Source: a virus
Lineage: Duplodnaviria > Caudoviricetes
Reading direction: 5' to 3' (one strand)
Virus record (IMG/VR): IMGVR_UViG_2974655483_000001
Span: 64,001 to 128,000 of that record
DNA: 64,000 nucleotides
Shown in pieces: positions 49,751 to 58,913 of this stretch (its first letter is position 1; the number at the start of each line of letters is the position of its first letter). The translations under genes were made by a program, and so were the position numbers. Below the pieces are notes generated by a model, which had not been told where the DNA came from, did not search any database, and saw nothing but the letters and a program-made list of their open reading frames with translations.

Positions 49751-49909
49751 ATGAATAACATCACTTCTAGAAATCAATTATATGAATGGTCTCATTTTGA
49801 AGATTCTGCAGAACTAGAAAAAATTAACGATTACTACGAATGTTTAATTGAATGTACCGATACACATCAAGCATCATGTAAAAGAATCTGTAAAGAGGTG
49901 CTTATGTAA
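49751..49909 (+). CDS. 52-aa twin-CX3C microprotein (DYYECLIECTDTHQASCKRICKEVLM)
   Basis: Manually translated ORF below the track cutoff; C-x3-C-x7-C-x3-C; followed by a terminator. Confidence 0.7.
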   Translation: MNNITSRNQLYEWSHFEDSAELEKINDYYECLIECTDTHQASCKRICKEVLM

Positions 49910-49945
49910 GTCGTATACATATTGTACCGTGTGAAGGAAGTGAAG

Positions 49946-49972
49946 GAGGTCTCAATAGAGACCTCTTTTTTT
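49946..49972 (+). terminator. Rho-independent terminator
   Basis: GAGGTCTC-AATA-GAGACCTC followed by T7, then a CTAAATA late-promoter variant at 49977-49983. Confidence 0.85.
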
Positions 49973-50005
49973 ATACCTAAATATCTCTAGATAGAATGAT
50001 TTATT

Positions 50006-50596
50006 ATGATTACTGATAGTAAATTTGAGGATTTTATTGGCATCTTTGATACTGATTATGATACTTCAGATCTTATTGAGTATTTTGAGTATCAAAATAA
50101 ATGTGGTGCCACCTTTGGAAGAAAGGGATTATTTGGTAAGGAGCGAAAGGCACATGCAAGAATTGATAACAGTTTAGTTACTGAAGAGTTTATGCTCGAT
50201 CACTCCTGCGGTTATCCATACATGAGATCATATAATGAAGTTGTCAGTTCCTGTTTGGCGAGATATATTGATAAGTATGAACAACTTCTACATTATAGAT
50301 ATCAACAAGTTTATTTAAATGTGCAGAAAACTTTGCCTCAGCAAGGTTATCATGCTTGGCATGACGAGAAAGGATCAATGGGATGTAATCGAAGGGTTGC
50401 AGCAACTATGATGTATCTCAATGATGTTGATGACGGTGGAGAAACTGAGTTTTTATATCAATCTAAAAGATATAAACCAGTAAGAGGAAGAGTTCTTATT
50501 TGGCCAGCAGGTTACACTCATGTCCATAGAGGAAATCCTCCTCTATCAGGCGAAAAATATATCGCCACTTCTTGGTTAGAAAACATAAACGCATAA
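50006..50596 (+). CDS. 2OG-Fe(II) oxygenase
   Basis: WHDE...MYLNDVDDGGETEF...THVHRG...KYIATSW. Confidence 0.9.
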   Translation: MITDSKFEDFIGIFDTDYDTSDLIEYFEYQNKCGATFGRKGLFGKERKAHARIDNSLVTEEFMLDHSCGYPYMRSYNEVVSSCLARYIDKYEQLLHYRYQQVYLNVQKTLPQQGYHAWHDEKGSMGCNRRVAATMMYLNDVDDGGETEFLYQSKRYKPVRGRVLIWPAGYTHVHRGNPPLSGEKYIATSWLENINA

Positions 50597-50597
50597 A

Positions 50598-51146
50598 ATG
50601 GCAAACTGGTATAACGATCAATTAACAAACAGAAACTTTTTGTCTCCTATCGGATTTATATTCGTTTTGGATAAGGCAAACAAGGTATCATTTCTGTGTC
50701 AAAAAGCAGAGATCCCTCCCATCACATTAGGAGATGTTCAGATTCCAACTAGAGGATTAGTTCCAATTCCTGTTGAAGGAAACATGCGTTACAACGATTT
50801 CACTATAGATTTTATCGTAGATGAGGACTTAGAGAACTATATGCAGATTCATAACTGGATGCGTGCATTAGGTACTCCTCAAGAGTTGAAAGAAAGAAAA
50901 CTTTGGAATGATAAGTATCGGAATGATTCTACAAGAGATGCAAGATTTTCTGATGCCACTCTTCAAGTTTTAAATAATAACAACATTGCAAATTTCGATG
51001 TTGTATTTAAAGATATGTTCCCCACAGATTTATCTACACTTGCATTCGATGTTACTGGTTCTGATAATGATTATTTCATAGCAACAGCATCATTCAAATA
51101 CACTTTATATGAGATTAGAAATGTTAACAGTCAGACTAGACGATGA
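50598..51146 (+). CDS. gp3: Tail completion/sheath stabiliser gp3
   Basis: NRNFLSPIGF, FIVDEDLENY..IHNW, SDATL, FKDMFPTDLS motifs. Confidence 0.88.
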   Translation: MANWYNDQLTNRNFLSPIGFIFVLDKANKVSFLCQKAEIPPITLGDVQIPTRGLVPIPVEGNMRYNDFTIDFIVDEDLENYMQIHNWMRALGTPQELKERKLWNDKYRNDSTRDARFSDATLQVLNNNNIANFDVVFKDMFPTDLSTLAFDVTGSDNDYFIATASFKYTLYEIRNVNSQTRR

Positions 51147-51310
51147 GTAATTGGAAACACCACGCTCTAGATGACCCCAATTTAAAATACAAACACGCTC
51201 GAATTATTATTAATGGCCCAAAGTCCTTGTCTCAGGCATGGATATTACAAGCAATGAAATTGAAGTATAGTTATGAATCTCGAATCGCTACAAGAAATGT
51301 GGAAGACTGA
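51143..51310 (+). CDS. 55-aa hypothetical protein (MSNWKHHALDDPNL...GPKSLSQAW...)
   Basis: ATGA overlap with the gp3 stop; fills the gap to uvsY. Confidence 0.5.
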   Translation: MSNWKHHALDDPNLKYKHARIIINGPKSLSQAWILQAMKLKYSYESRIATRNVED

Positions 51311-51701
51311 TTCCGTATTGGATGATGATCTACATGATAATGACTCTTTGAAAATTCCTCAACTCCATGCAAAATATATGGAGTATTACAATACTTTCTC
51401 ACTTATGAAGAGTGAGAGAGAGATTGAGTTGAATCGAATTACTAGAGAGAAATGGTTATATTACAAGGGAAAGGCACCAGCAGCAATCTACAAGGAAATG
51501 CCTTTTGATTTAAAACTTACAACTAAAGAAGAGATATCAATGTTCATCGCTGCTGATGAGGACATTGGAAAAATTCAATACAAGATAGGATATATAACTC
51601 AAGTTCTATGTTTCCTTGATGGCGTGCTACGACAAATTAACAATCGTAGTTTTCATATTAAAAACGCCATTGAATGGAAAAGATTTCAGTCTGGTATGTG
51701 A
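51273..51701 (+). CDS. uvsY: Recombination mediator UvsY
   Basis: SLKIPQLHAKY, WLYYKGKA, FHIKNAIEWKRFQSG motifs. Confidence 0.9.
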   Translation: MNLESLQEMWKTDSVLDDDLHDNDSLKIPQLHAKYMEYYNTFSLMKSEREIELNRITREKWLYYKGKAPAAIYKEMPFDLKLTTKEEISMFIAADEDIGKIQYKIGYITQVLCFLDGVLRQINNRSFHIKNAIEWKRFQSGM

Positions 51702-52252
51702 TGCATTACGGTTTATATTATAAACAAGTTTCTTTTAATCGCCAGTCGATGCAAGTAGTCAATACTGCATTATCTGGCAATTCTTTTAAGTGGCACGATG
51801 GTCAGTTGCATGATCAAAAAAATGAAACAAAACGAAAATCTAAAATAGCATGGGTGAGAGATGATCAGTTATACATCCTGTTACTTAAGATGGTAAAGCA
51901 TGTGAATAGGGATGCTGGATGGAACTTTAATATTACTGGAGTTGAACCAATTCAATATGGTTTATATGAACCAGGGGGTACATACAATTGGCATGTAGAC
52001 CAGCATCCAAAACCTGTTCGGGGTTGTGTAAGAAAGATTAGTATGTCTCTTTTTTTAAATGATGACTATGAAGGAGGGGAGTTTGATTTGGAGATATATA
52101 GTCCAGGGGTAGAACCTAGGTATAAATCTTTCAAAACAACACCAGGAACTGCCGTTTTCTTCCAAGGTGATCAATGGCACAGGGTTAGACCTGTAACATC
52201 AGGATTGCGTAAATCTCTTGTAGCATGGTTTTATGGACCTCCGTATTCGTAA
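51701..52252 (+). CDS. 2OG-Fe(II) oxygenase (prolyl-hydroxylase-like)
   Basis: YNWHVD...RKISMSLFLNDDYEGGEF...WHRVRPVTSGLRKSLVAW; start chosen at the TGATG coupling. Confidence 0.88.
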   Translation: MHYGLYYKQVSFNRQSMQVVNTALSGNSFKWHDGQLHDQKNETKRKSKIAWVRDDQLYILLLKMVKHVNRDAGWNFNITGVEPIQYGLYEPGGTYNWHVDQHPKPVRGCVRKISMSLFLNDDYEGGEFDLEIYSPGVEPRYKSFKTTPGTAVFFQGDQWHRVRPVTSGLRKSLVAWFYGPPYS

Positions 52253-53699
52253 AAAGAATGAAGTTTATCTTAAGATTGAGGCAGAACCTCATATTAATTA
52301 TGAACTAGCAGATTATTTTTGTTTTGAAGTTGAGTCTGCTAAGTATATGCAGAAGCAACGTCGTTGGAAAGGATGGGACGGAAAGATCCGTTTGTACTCA
52401 CCAGCAACAGGAGAAATTTATTGTGGTCTCTTAGACTATCTTTTGGAGTGGGCAGACGAGAAGAAGTATCAATATAAGTTTGAAGAGTGTAAGTTCTTTG
52501 GTCATCCTCTAGCACAGAATGAGTTCATCACTCCTGAGGGTGTTGTAGGTTTTGTAAAGTCTCTTCGCTTACCGTATCCCGTTCGGGATTATCAGTATAA
52601 AGCAATATACGAGGCATTAAAATATAATAGAAGACTTTTATTATCACCAACAGCTTCTGGAAAGTCTCTGATGATTTATGCATTGGTACGCTTCCATGTA
52701 AATGCAAATAGAAATATATTAATTGTTGTCCCAACTACATCTCTAGTTGAGCAGATGTATAAAGACTTTGAGGAATACGGATGGGTGTGTGCCGAAAACT
52801 GCCACAAGATATATGCGGGGCAGGAAAAATACACGAACCATCAGGTGGTAATTACCACTTGGCAATCTATCTATAAGGAACCTCGTAAGTGGTTTGACAG
52901 GTTTGATGTGGTCATCGGTGACGAGGCACACCTTTTCAAAGCTAAATCTCTTACGTCTCTTATGGGTAAGTTGCATGAATGTAAGTATCGTATTGGATTT
53001 ACAGGAACTCTTGATGGTGCAAATGTCAATCAATTAGTTCTGGAAGGTGTATTTGGTAGGTGCTCACAGGTTACAAGAACTGCACAACTAATGCAAGAAG
53101 GACATGTTGCTAAGTTGAAAGTAAAAATTGTTCTAGTAAAACATGAAGAGAAACTGTTTGAAGGTTATCAAGATGAGATCGGATACCTTGTGGAGCATGA
53201 AAGTAGGAACAAATTTATTCGCAATCTTGCTTGTGACTTGAAAGGAAATACTCTAGTGTTATTCAACTATGTAGAGCGTCATGGGGTGCCTCTTTATGAG
53301 ATGATAAATAGTTACACCGAAAGACCAGTACATTTTGTACACGGTGGTGTAGATGTTAGTGACCGTGAAGACATTAGACTACTAACTGAAAAGTCTGACA
53401 ATGCAATCATTGTTGCTTCTTATGGTACTTTTTCTACAGGCATCAACATTAAAAACCTACACAACGTTATCTTCGCAAGTCCTTCAAAGTCCAGAGTTCG
53501 CAACCTACAATCTATTGGTCGTGTTCTAAGGAAAGGCGAAAATAAATCTCAAGCAACATTATATGATATTGCTGATGATATCTCTACCGATAGAGGTAAC
53601 AACTATACACTCAACCATTTAATGGAAAGAGTTAAAGTATACAATCAAGAAAAATTTAATTATGAAATCATAGATGTCAACTTAAAAACTTATGATTAA
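52233..53699 (+). CDS. uvsW: UvsW helicase
   Basis: WDGKIRL, SPTASGKS, DEAH, LQSIGRVLR motifs. Confidence 0.95.
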   Translation: MDLRIRKKNEVYLKIEAEPHINYELADYFCFEVESAKYMQKQRRWKGWDGKIRLYSPATGEIYCGLLDYLLEWADEKKYQYKFEECKFFGHPLAQNEFITPEGVVGFVKSLRLPYPVRDYQYKAIYEALKYNRRLLLSPTASGKSLMIYALVRFHVNANRNILIVVPTTSLVEQMYKDFEEYGWVCAENCHKIYAGQEKYTNHQVVITTWQSIYKEPRKWFDRFDVVIGDEAHLFKAKSLTSLMGKLHECKYRIGFTGTLDGANVNQLVLEGVFGRCSQVTRTAQLMQEGHVAKLKVKIVLVKHEEKLFEGYQDEIGYLVEHESRNKFIRNLACDLKGNTLVLFNYVERHGVPLYEMINSYTERPVHFVHGGVDVSDREDIRLLTEKSDNAIIVASYGTFSTGINIKNLHNVIFASPSKSRVRNLQSIGRVLRKGENKSQATLYDIADDISTDRGNNYTLNHLMERVKVYNQEKFNYEIIDVNLKTYD

Positions 53700-54111
53700 T
53701 TACGCAAGACATGATGAAGAATTCTACGGAGTTTTCAAACTTCTTAATGGTGAGGAAGTTTTAGGTAAAGCAGTGCTTACAGAAGATGAGGGTGAAACCT
53801 TAGTTTTTCTCCAAGATCCTGTTTGCACCCAAGTCATTCATAAAGAACTTGAAGAAGGGAAAATGATTCGTGGAGTGGGATTTTCAAAATGGATGCAATT
53901 TTCTAATGAGGACTTCTTCATTTTACGCGAGAAGGATATCCTTACTGTTACCTCAATGAGTAAAGAAGTTTCATACTTATACGAAGCTTTTATTCTTAGT
54001 GAAGATGACGAGAAGTCATCCAAAACCAAAGTAGAACTAGAACCCGAGATGGGTTATCTAGGTAAAATTGATGAAGCAAGAAAACTCTTAGAGAAGATTT
54101 ATAGAAGCTAG
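53692..54111 (+). CDS. Conserved hypothetical protein downstream of uvsW
   Basis: FKLLNGEEVLGK...MGYLGKIDEARKLLEKIY; usual position before gp55. Confidence 0.75.
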   Translation: MINYARHDEEFYGVFKLLNGEEVLGKAVLTEDEGETLVFLQDPVCTQVIHKELEEGKMIRGVGFSKWMQFSNEDFFILREKDILTVTSMSKEVSYLYEAFILSEDDEKSSKTKVELEPEMGYLGKIDEARKLLEKIYRS

Positions 54112-54136
54112 TAGTTCTCTGAACCTCCACAAGGTT

Positions 54137-54165
54137 ATTATACAGAGACTTGACGATTCTGTCAA
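54137..54165 (-). promoter_or_regulatory. Perfect sigma70 promoter on the minus strand (antisense to upstream genes)
   Basis: Reverse complement reads TTGACA-17 nt-TATAAT. Confidence 0.7.
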
Positions 54166-54177
54166 GTATGTTATAAT
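54150..54177 (+). promoter_or_regulatory. Sigma70-type early/middle promoter for gp55
   Basis: TTGACG-16 nt-TATAAT with extended -10 TG. Confidence 0.75.
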
Positions 54178-54197
54178 ATTAACAAAGCAGATACCAT

Positions 54198-54734
54198 ATG
54201 AAAACGCCTGTTAAAAAACAAAAACAACATTACGTTGATAATCAAGAGTTTCTTGCTGCAATAATTGTATATAAAAAGAAACTTCTTTCTGTAGCAGAGC
54301 AAGAGATTCCTGGATTTCTAGATCTTCCTCATAACAAACAGGTGCAAGCTCTTAAGAAGTGGGATAGTCCTAAGAAACCCAGAGTGAATAATTACATTGG
54401 TGGATGCTTTCTGAAGATTGCAACTCACCTTTCATATCGTCCTAACTTTATTAACTACATGTATAAGGAAGATATGATTTGTGATGGTATTGAAAATTGT
54501 ATTCAATATATTAACAATTTTGATCCTGAAAAATCCAAGAATCCGTTTGCATACTTTACACAGATTGTATACTATGCATTCTTGAGAAGAATTCAAAAAG
54601 AAAAAAGACAGATGGAAATTAAAGATAAGATTCTAGAGAAATCTGGTTATGAACATGTCTTTAGTATTGACGGAGATGTTGATTCGGGGTATAATCAGAT
54701 CAAGTCCCGTGTGGAGATGAACTCGAAACGATGA
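54198..54734 (+). CDS. gp55: Late-transcription sigma factor gp55
   Basis: HYVDNQEF, LSYRPNFINYMY, NFDPEKSKNPFAYFTQI motifs. Confidence 0.95.
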   Translation: MKTPVKKQKQHYVDNQEFLAAIIVYKKKLLSVAEQEIPGFLDLPHNKQVQALKKWDSPKKPRVNNYIGGCFLKIATHLSYRPNFINYMYKEDMICDGIENCIQYINNFDPEKSKNPFAYFTQIVYYAFLRRIQKEKRQMEIKDKILEKSGYEHVFSIDGDVDSGYNQIKSRVEMNSKR

Positions 54735-55762
54735 AGATCTTATTGATTACGGACCAGCACTTTGGTGTTCGTAACGACAATCAGTATTTTATTGAGAGTT
54801 ATAGAAAATTTTATACCAATGTAGTTGTACCATACATAGACGCACATAATATTAAAAATGTTATTTGTCTGGGTGATACCTTTGATAAGAGACGTTCCAT
54901 CAACTTTATGTCGCTGGAAGCAGCAAAAGAGATGTGGTTTACACCTCTTCAAGAGATGGGTGTTACGATGGATATGCTTGTAGGAAACCATGATATTTAT
55001 TACAAGAATACTTTACGAGTTAACGCCCCAAGTGAGTTACTTGGAGAATACAACAACATCAGAGTACATACCAAACCTACCACTGCTGTTTTCGGTGGTC
55101 TTTCTATACTCCTTCTCCCTTGGATTTGCGATGAAAATCGTGCAGAAGTTCTGGAAGAAGTAGGAAGTACTGAAGCAAAAGTATGCATGGGTCATCTAGA
55201 ACTCAATGGTTTTGAAGCACATCCTGGTCATGTAATGCAACATGGTATGGACAAGAATACATTCTCAAAATTTAAGAAAGTATTTTCTGGACACTACCAC
55301 ATGAAATCCAATAAAGGTAATGTGTATTACTTGGGTAATCCTTATCAGTTGTATTGGAATGACTATGGATGTAAAAGAGGGTTTCATGTATTTGATACCG
55401 ATACTCTGAAGACAACTTTTATTAGAAATCCATTTGACACTTTCTATAAAGTGTATTATAATAATGGAGTAAGTTTGCCAGACTCTAGCGAACTACAAGG
55501 AGCATACGTCAAACTAATCGTAGAAGAGAAGGGAGACTATGCAAAGTTTGATTACACGGTCAATCAACTTCAAGGAATGTCTCTTGGTGATTTAAAAATC
55601 ATCGAAGATCTTAATGCAGAAGTATCTAGTGATTCGGTGTTGGAAACCGAAGATACTATGACTCTTCTAGATAACTACATAGATGAAATAGATCTTAAGG
55701 TTAGTAAATCTAATATTAAGAATCTAATGAGATCTCTATACATGGAAGCATCTGAAATCTAA
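54731..55762 (+). CDS. gp47: Recombination endonuclease subunit gp47 (Mre11/SbcD-like)
   Basis: TDQHFG, LGDTFD, GNHD, SGHYH phosphoesterase motifs. Confidence 0.95.
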   Translation: MKILLITDQHFGVRNDNQYFIESYRKFYTNVVVPYIDAHNIKNVICLGDTFDKRRSINFMSLEAAKEMWFTPLQEMGVTMDMLVGNHDIYYKNTLRVNAPSELLGEYNNIRVHTKPTTAVFGGLSILLLPWICDENRAEVLEEVGSTEAKVCMGHLELNGFEAHPGHVMQHGMDKNTFSKFKKVFSGHYHMKSNKGNVYYLGNPYQLYWNDYGCKRGFHVFDTDTLKTTFIRNPFDTFYKVYYNNGVSLPDSSELQGAYVKLIVEEKGDYAKFDYTVNQLQGMSLGDLKIIEDLNAEVSSDSVLETEDTMTLLDNYIDEIDLKVSKSNIKNLMRSLYMEASEI

Positions 55763-56010
55763 TGTTCGTTTTAACAGACATAAACTCAGGCGGTATCTAT
55801 GCTGTAACTAGCAAAGATTCAATCAAAACTGTCACTGTGTTTGAAGATCGAGACGACGCAGAACGGTATGTACAACTACTACTTGCCGATGATTATGAAG
55901 ATGAACTAGAAATTTTTGAAGTTGACAAAGACGTTGTTGCTATCAACTGTAACACATACGGATATAGTTATTCCGTTATTGAAAAAGATGATCTGATTAT
56001 CCCCCCGTAA
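55762..56010 (+). CDS. Conserved acidic hypothetical protein
   Basis: FEDRDDAERY motif; coupled between gp47 and gp46. Confidence 0.7.
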   Translation: MFVLTDINSGGIYAVTSKDSIKTVTVFEDRDDAERYVQLLLADDYEDELEIFEVDKDVVAINCNTYGYSYSVIEKDDLIIPP

Positions 56011-57731
56011 TGATTACATTTGAAACTATCCGCTGGAAAAACTTTCTTTCAACAGGAGATCAGTGGACTGAGATTGACTTTTGTGAGTCATCCTCAACTC
56101 TTATTGTAGGTTCTAATGGCGCAGGGAAGTCCACTATGTTGGATGCCCTGTGTTTTGCTTTGTTTGGAAAGGCATTCCGTAAGATAAACAAACCTCAACT
56201 AGTCAATAGCATCAACGAGAAAGATGCTAAAGTGGAAGTTACCTTTAGTATTGGTAAGGAAGAGTATCGTGTGTTCAGAGGCATTAAACCAAATGCGTTT
56301 GAACTTTACAAGAATAATAAACTGGTTGATCAGGATGCTGCTACCAAGGACACACAAAAATATCTTGAACAATCTGTACTCAAACTTAACTATAAGTCAT
56401 TTACTCAAGTAGTCATTCTTGGGTCTAGTACATTTGTCCCCTTCATGCAACTTGCTGCTTCTCACAGGAGAGAGGTGATTGAAGACTTGCTTGATATTAA
56501 TATTTTCTCGAATATGAATGGTCTTTTGAAAGATCGTATTCGTGCATCACAGGGTCAAAGTAAAGATTGTTCTCACATGTTGACTCTTGCTGAAGGCAAA
56601 GTCCATGCTCAGAAAAAACTAATCAACTCTCTTGAAGAAGTTAATCAGAATCGTCAAGAAGAGAAACAGAAAAAGTATGATGAGAATCTTTCTTTCATGA
56701 AGAAGGTACATGAAGATAAGTATATTGTAGAGAAAGATATTAAAGATACAGAAAGTAAAATCGGTGACTATGATGCTGCAGCAAAAACTTTATCATCTTT
56801 GCGTCAAGGTCAGTCGGATAGAAAATCTCAACTAAAAATTATTTCCAAAGATCTGAAATTTTTTAAGGGGCATGATGTATGTCCTACATGTACACAAGAC
56901 ATTAGTGGCACTTTTAAAGATGACCAAATTACTACATTAACACATTCAGGCAAACTAGTTGCAGAAGAAATTGTGCAATTTAATGTAGATGTTGCTGATG
57001 CATCTCAGATTATATCTGAGATTTCTGAGCAGTCTATGAAACTTAAAGAACTTTCTAGTAATCTTTCTGCACTTGATCGTGATTATGTTAGACTAGAGTT
57101 TGAGAATCTTCGCATTAAAGATGAACTTGTAAAGTTACAGGAACATACTCCCAACATTGATAAAGAGAGGGAACATTTACAAAATGTCCAAGATGAGTAT
57201 GCAAAAACAGAATCCGATTGTGCAGCAGTTAGCCAACAATTAGATGAGTTTCAAGTCATTGCTTCCTTACTCAAAGATTCTGGAATTAAGAGTAGGATCA
57301 TCAAAAAATATATTCCTATCTTCAATCAACTAATTAACAAGTATCTTCAATCGATGGACTTCTTTGTTAACTTTACTCTTGATGAAGAGTTTAATGAAGT
57401 TATTAAGAGTCGTTTCAGAGATGAGTTTTCTTACGCATCGTTCTCTGAAGGTGAGAAGCAAAAGATTGATTTGGCATTATTGTTCACATGGCGTGAAGTT
57501 GCTCGTATGAAAAATAGTGTTGCTACTAACTTACTTATTCTTGATGAAGTATTTGATAGTTCATTAGATGCTTCTGGTACTGGAGAACTTCTTCAGATTC
57601 TTCGTGGTCTTGGAAAGGATACTAATGTCTTTGTTATCTCACATAAAGGAGACATTTTAGTCGATAAGTTCTTGCGAACACTGAAGTTTGAAAAGATTAA
57701 TGATTTTTCAAAGATGTCTGATGAGTCCTAA
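56010..57731 (+). CDS. gp46: Recombination endonuclease subunit gp46 (Rad50/SbcC-like)
   Basis: GSNGAGKST, CPTC zinc hook, FSEGEK, LILDEVFD motifs. Confidence 0.96.
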   Translation: MITFETIRWKNFLSTGDQWTEIDFCESSSTLIVGSNGAGKSTMLDALCFALFGKAFRKINKPQLVNSINEKDAKVEVTFSIGKEEYRVFRGIKPNAFELYKNNKLVDQDAATKDTQKYLEQSVLKLNYKSFTQVVILGSSTFVPFMQLAASHRREVIEDLLDINIFSNMNGLLKDRIRASQGQSKDCSHMLTLAEGKVHAQKKLINSLEEVNQNRQEEKQKKYDENLSFMKKVHEDKYIVEKDIKDTESKIGDYDAAAKTLSSLRQGQSDRKSQLKIISKDLKFFKGHDVCPTCTQDISGTFKDDQITTLTHSGKLVAEEIVQFNVDVADASQIISEISEQSMKLKELSSNLSALDRDYVRLEFENLRIKDELVKLQEHTPNIDKEREHLQNVQDEYAKTESDCAAVSQQLDEFQVIASLLKDSGIKSRIIKKYIPIFNQLINKYLQSMDFFVNFTLDEEFNEVIKSRFRDEFSYASFSEGEKQKIDLALLFTWREVARMKNSVATNLLILDEVFDSSLDASGTGELLQILRGLGKDTNVFVISHKGDILVDKFLRTLKFEKINDFSKMSDES

Positions 57732-57737
57732 ATAAAC

Positions 57738-58070
57738 TTGGTTGGGGAAAAACTTTTGCTTTCTACACAGTACAGACTACGACTGGAATTTATTTGTAAA
57801 TGTATTGCTAATGGCGAAGAAGTAAAATTGTCTGATATGATTTGGGCAAACAAACTTGCTAAAGCAAATACAACTGCTAATGAAATGTTGAAGATGGCAC
57901 GTCGCCAAATCACACAACAGATTGAAGAAGGAAGCACAGATGATTTTCTGAATAGGATGGGGTTAGGTGATCCCGACCCATCCAATCATAAAACGGGATT
58001 CGATAGTGCTGATGATATCAAAGACTGGTTTCAACAGGACCGCAGTGAAGATTGGAGACAGCGAGACTAA
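57738..58070 (+). CDS. Conserved cyanophage hypothetical protein
   Basis: LSTQYRLRLEFIC...WRQRD; CTAAATA at 57728-57734 upstream; true start may be a TTG a few codons downstream. Confidence 0.7.
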   Translation: MVGEKLLLSTQYRLRLEFICKCIANGEEVKLSDMIWANKLAKANTTANEMLKMARRQITQQIEEGSTDDFLNRMGLGDPDPSNHKTGFDSADDIKDWFQQDRSEDWRQRD

Positions 58071-58258
58071 TGCCACATGAATTTGATTATGTCGAAGCAC
58101 CTGCTGAAGGTGAAGTTGACAAATGGGGATTTACGATAAAACCCACTATCACAGATACTGAGTGTATTTTGCGATGTTTGCGAAATGCTCCTGAGGGAAC
58201 TGATAGGAAACAAGTTGCAAGATTAATTAAACAATATCATGACCAAGAAACAATATAA
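58070..58258 (+). CDS. Hypothetical protein
   Basis: TAATG-coupled start MPHEFDYVEAP. Confidence 0.6.
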   Translation: MPHEFDYVEAPAEGEVDKWGFTIKPTITDTECILRCLRNAPEGTDRKQVARLIKQYHDQETI

Positions 58259-58343
58259 ACAACTGCTGCTCGATCACTTCACAGAGCAGTTGGATAAATT
58301 GACAGCAAAGGAACTGAAGGAACTTGCTGCGAGACACACATGA
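58239..58343 (+). CDS. 34-aa hypothetical protein (MTKKQYKQLLLDHF...)
   Basis: Manually translated; overlaps both neighbours. Confidence 0.5.
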   Translation: MTKKQYKQLLLDHFTEQLDKLTAKELKELAARHT

Positions 58344-58471
58344 AGGATTATGTCTGTATCCCCATGTGGGATCCTATTTTCGAGATGATGCGCTATCATT
58401 GGGTTCACAAGTCAGAAAGGGATCCTGAGCAATTCGTGAAAAATCTTAATCCAGAGCAAGAAGTGCTATGA
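58340..58471 (+). CDS. 43-aa hypothetical protein (MKDYVCIPMWDPIFEMMRYHWVHK...)
   Basis: ATGA overlaps at both ends. Confidence 0.55.
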   Translation: MKDYVCIPMWDPIFEMMRYHWVHKSERDPEQFVKNLNPEQEVL

Positions 58472-58767
58472 GTAGTAAGATGCTATTCCTAGTTGCTAAT
58501 GGTGATAACAAATGTATCACTCATGATGGATACATTCAACTTGGTAGTTTCTCCCATAGTGTGGAGAAGCATCTAGAGTTAAATCCTGAACAAGATTGGC
58601 AGGTAACATACTGGATGCCTGATCCATTTAGTATCAGATACCCAAGACCTAATTATCAGCATACAATGAAGGCGAATGAAGGTTCTCCTAAAACTGATAA
58701 TTCTACTGATAGTAGACCAAGAGATTTCCCTGACCAAGCAACAAATAGATTGGAGAGAACATTATGA
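58468..58767 (+). CDS. Hypothetical protein
   Basis: 99-aa ORF, ATGA-coupled. Confidence 0.65.
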   Translation: MSSKMLFLVANGDNKCITHDGYIQLGSFSHSVEKHLELNPEQDWQVTYWMPDPFSIRYPRPNYQHTMKANEGSPKTDNSTDSRPRDFPDQATNRLERTL

Positions 58768-58913
58768 AGATGTGGGAGACTGAGTGTGTTGGGTGTGGTA
58801 AACTGACACCAGCAAATCAATGTCCTCAGGTAGGATGCTATGTTCCGTCCGAGAATAAATATAAAAATTCACTATGCAAACCCTGTTGGTTAAAAAGCAA
58901 ATGCAAGCAGTAA
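58764..58913 (+). CDS. 49-aa Cys-rich putative Zn-finger microprotein
   Basis: ECVGCG...CPQVGC...LCKPCW; ATGA-coupled. Confidence 0.55.
   Translation: MKMWETECVGCGKLTPANQCPQVGCYVPSENKYKNSLCKPCWLKSKCKQ

Noticed and set aside
49751-49909. CP12 assignment for the Cys microprotein
   Set aside because: Lacks the AWD.VEEL core and the CP12 C-terminal C-x8-C pattern
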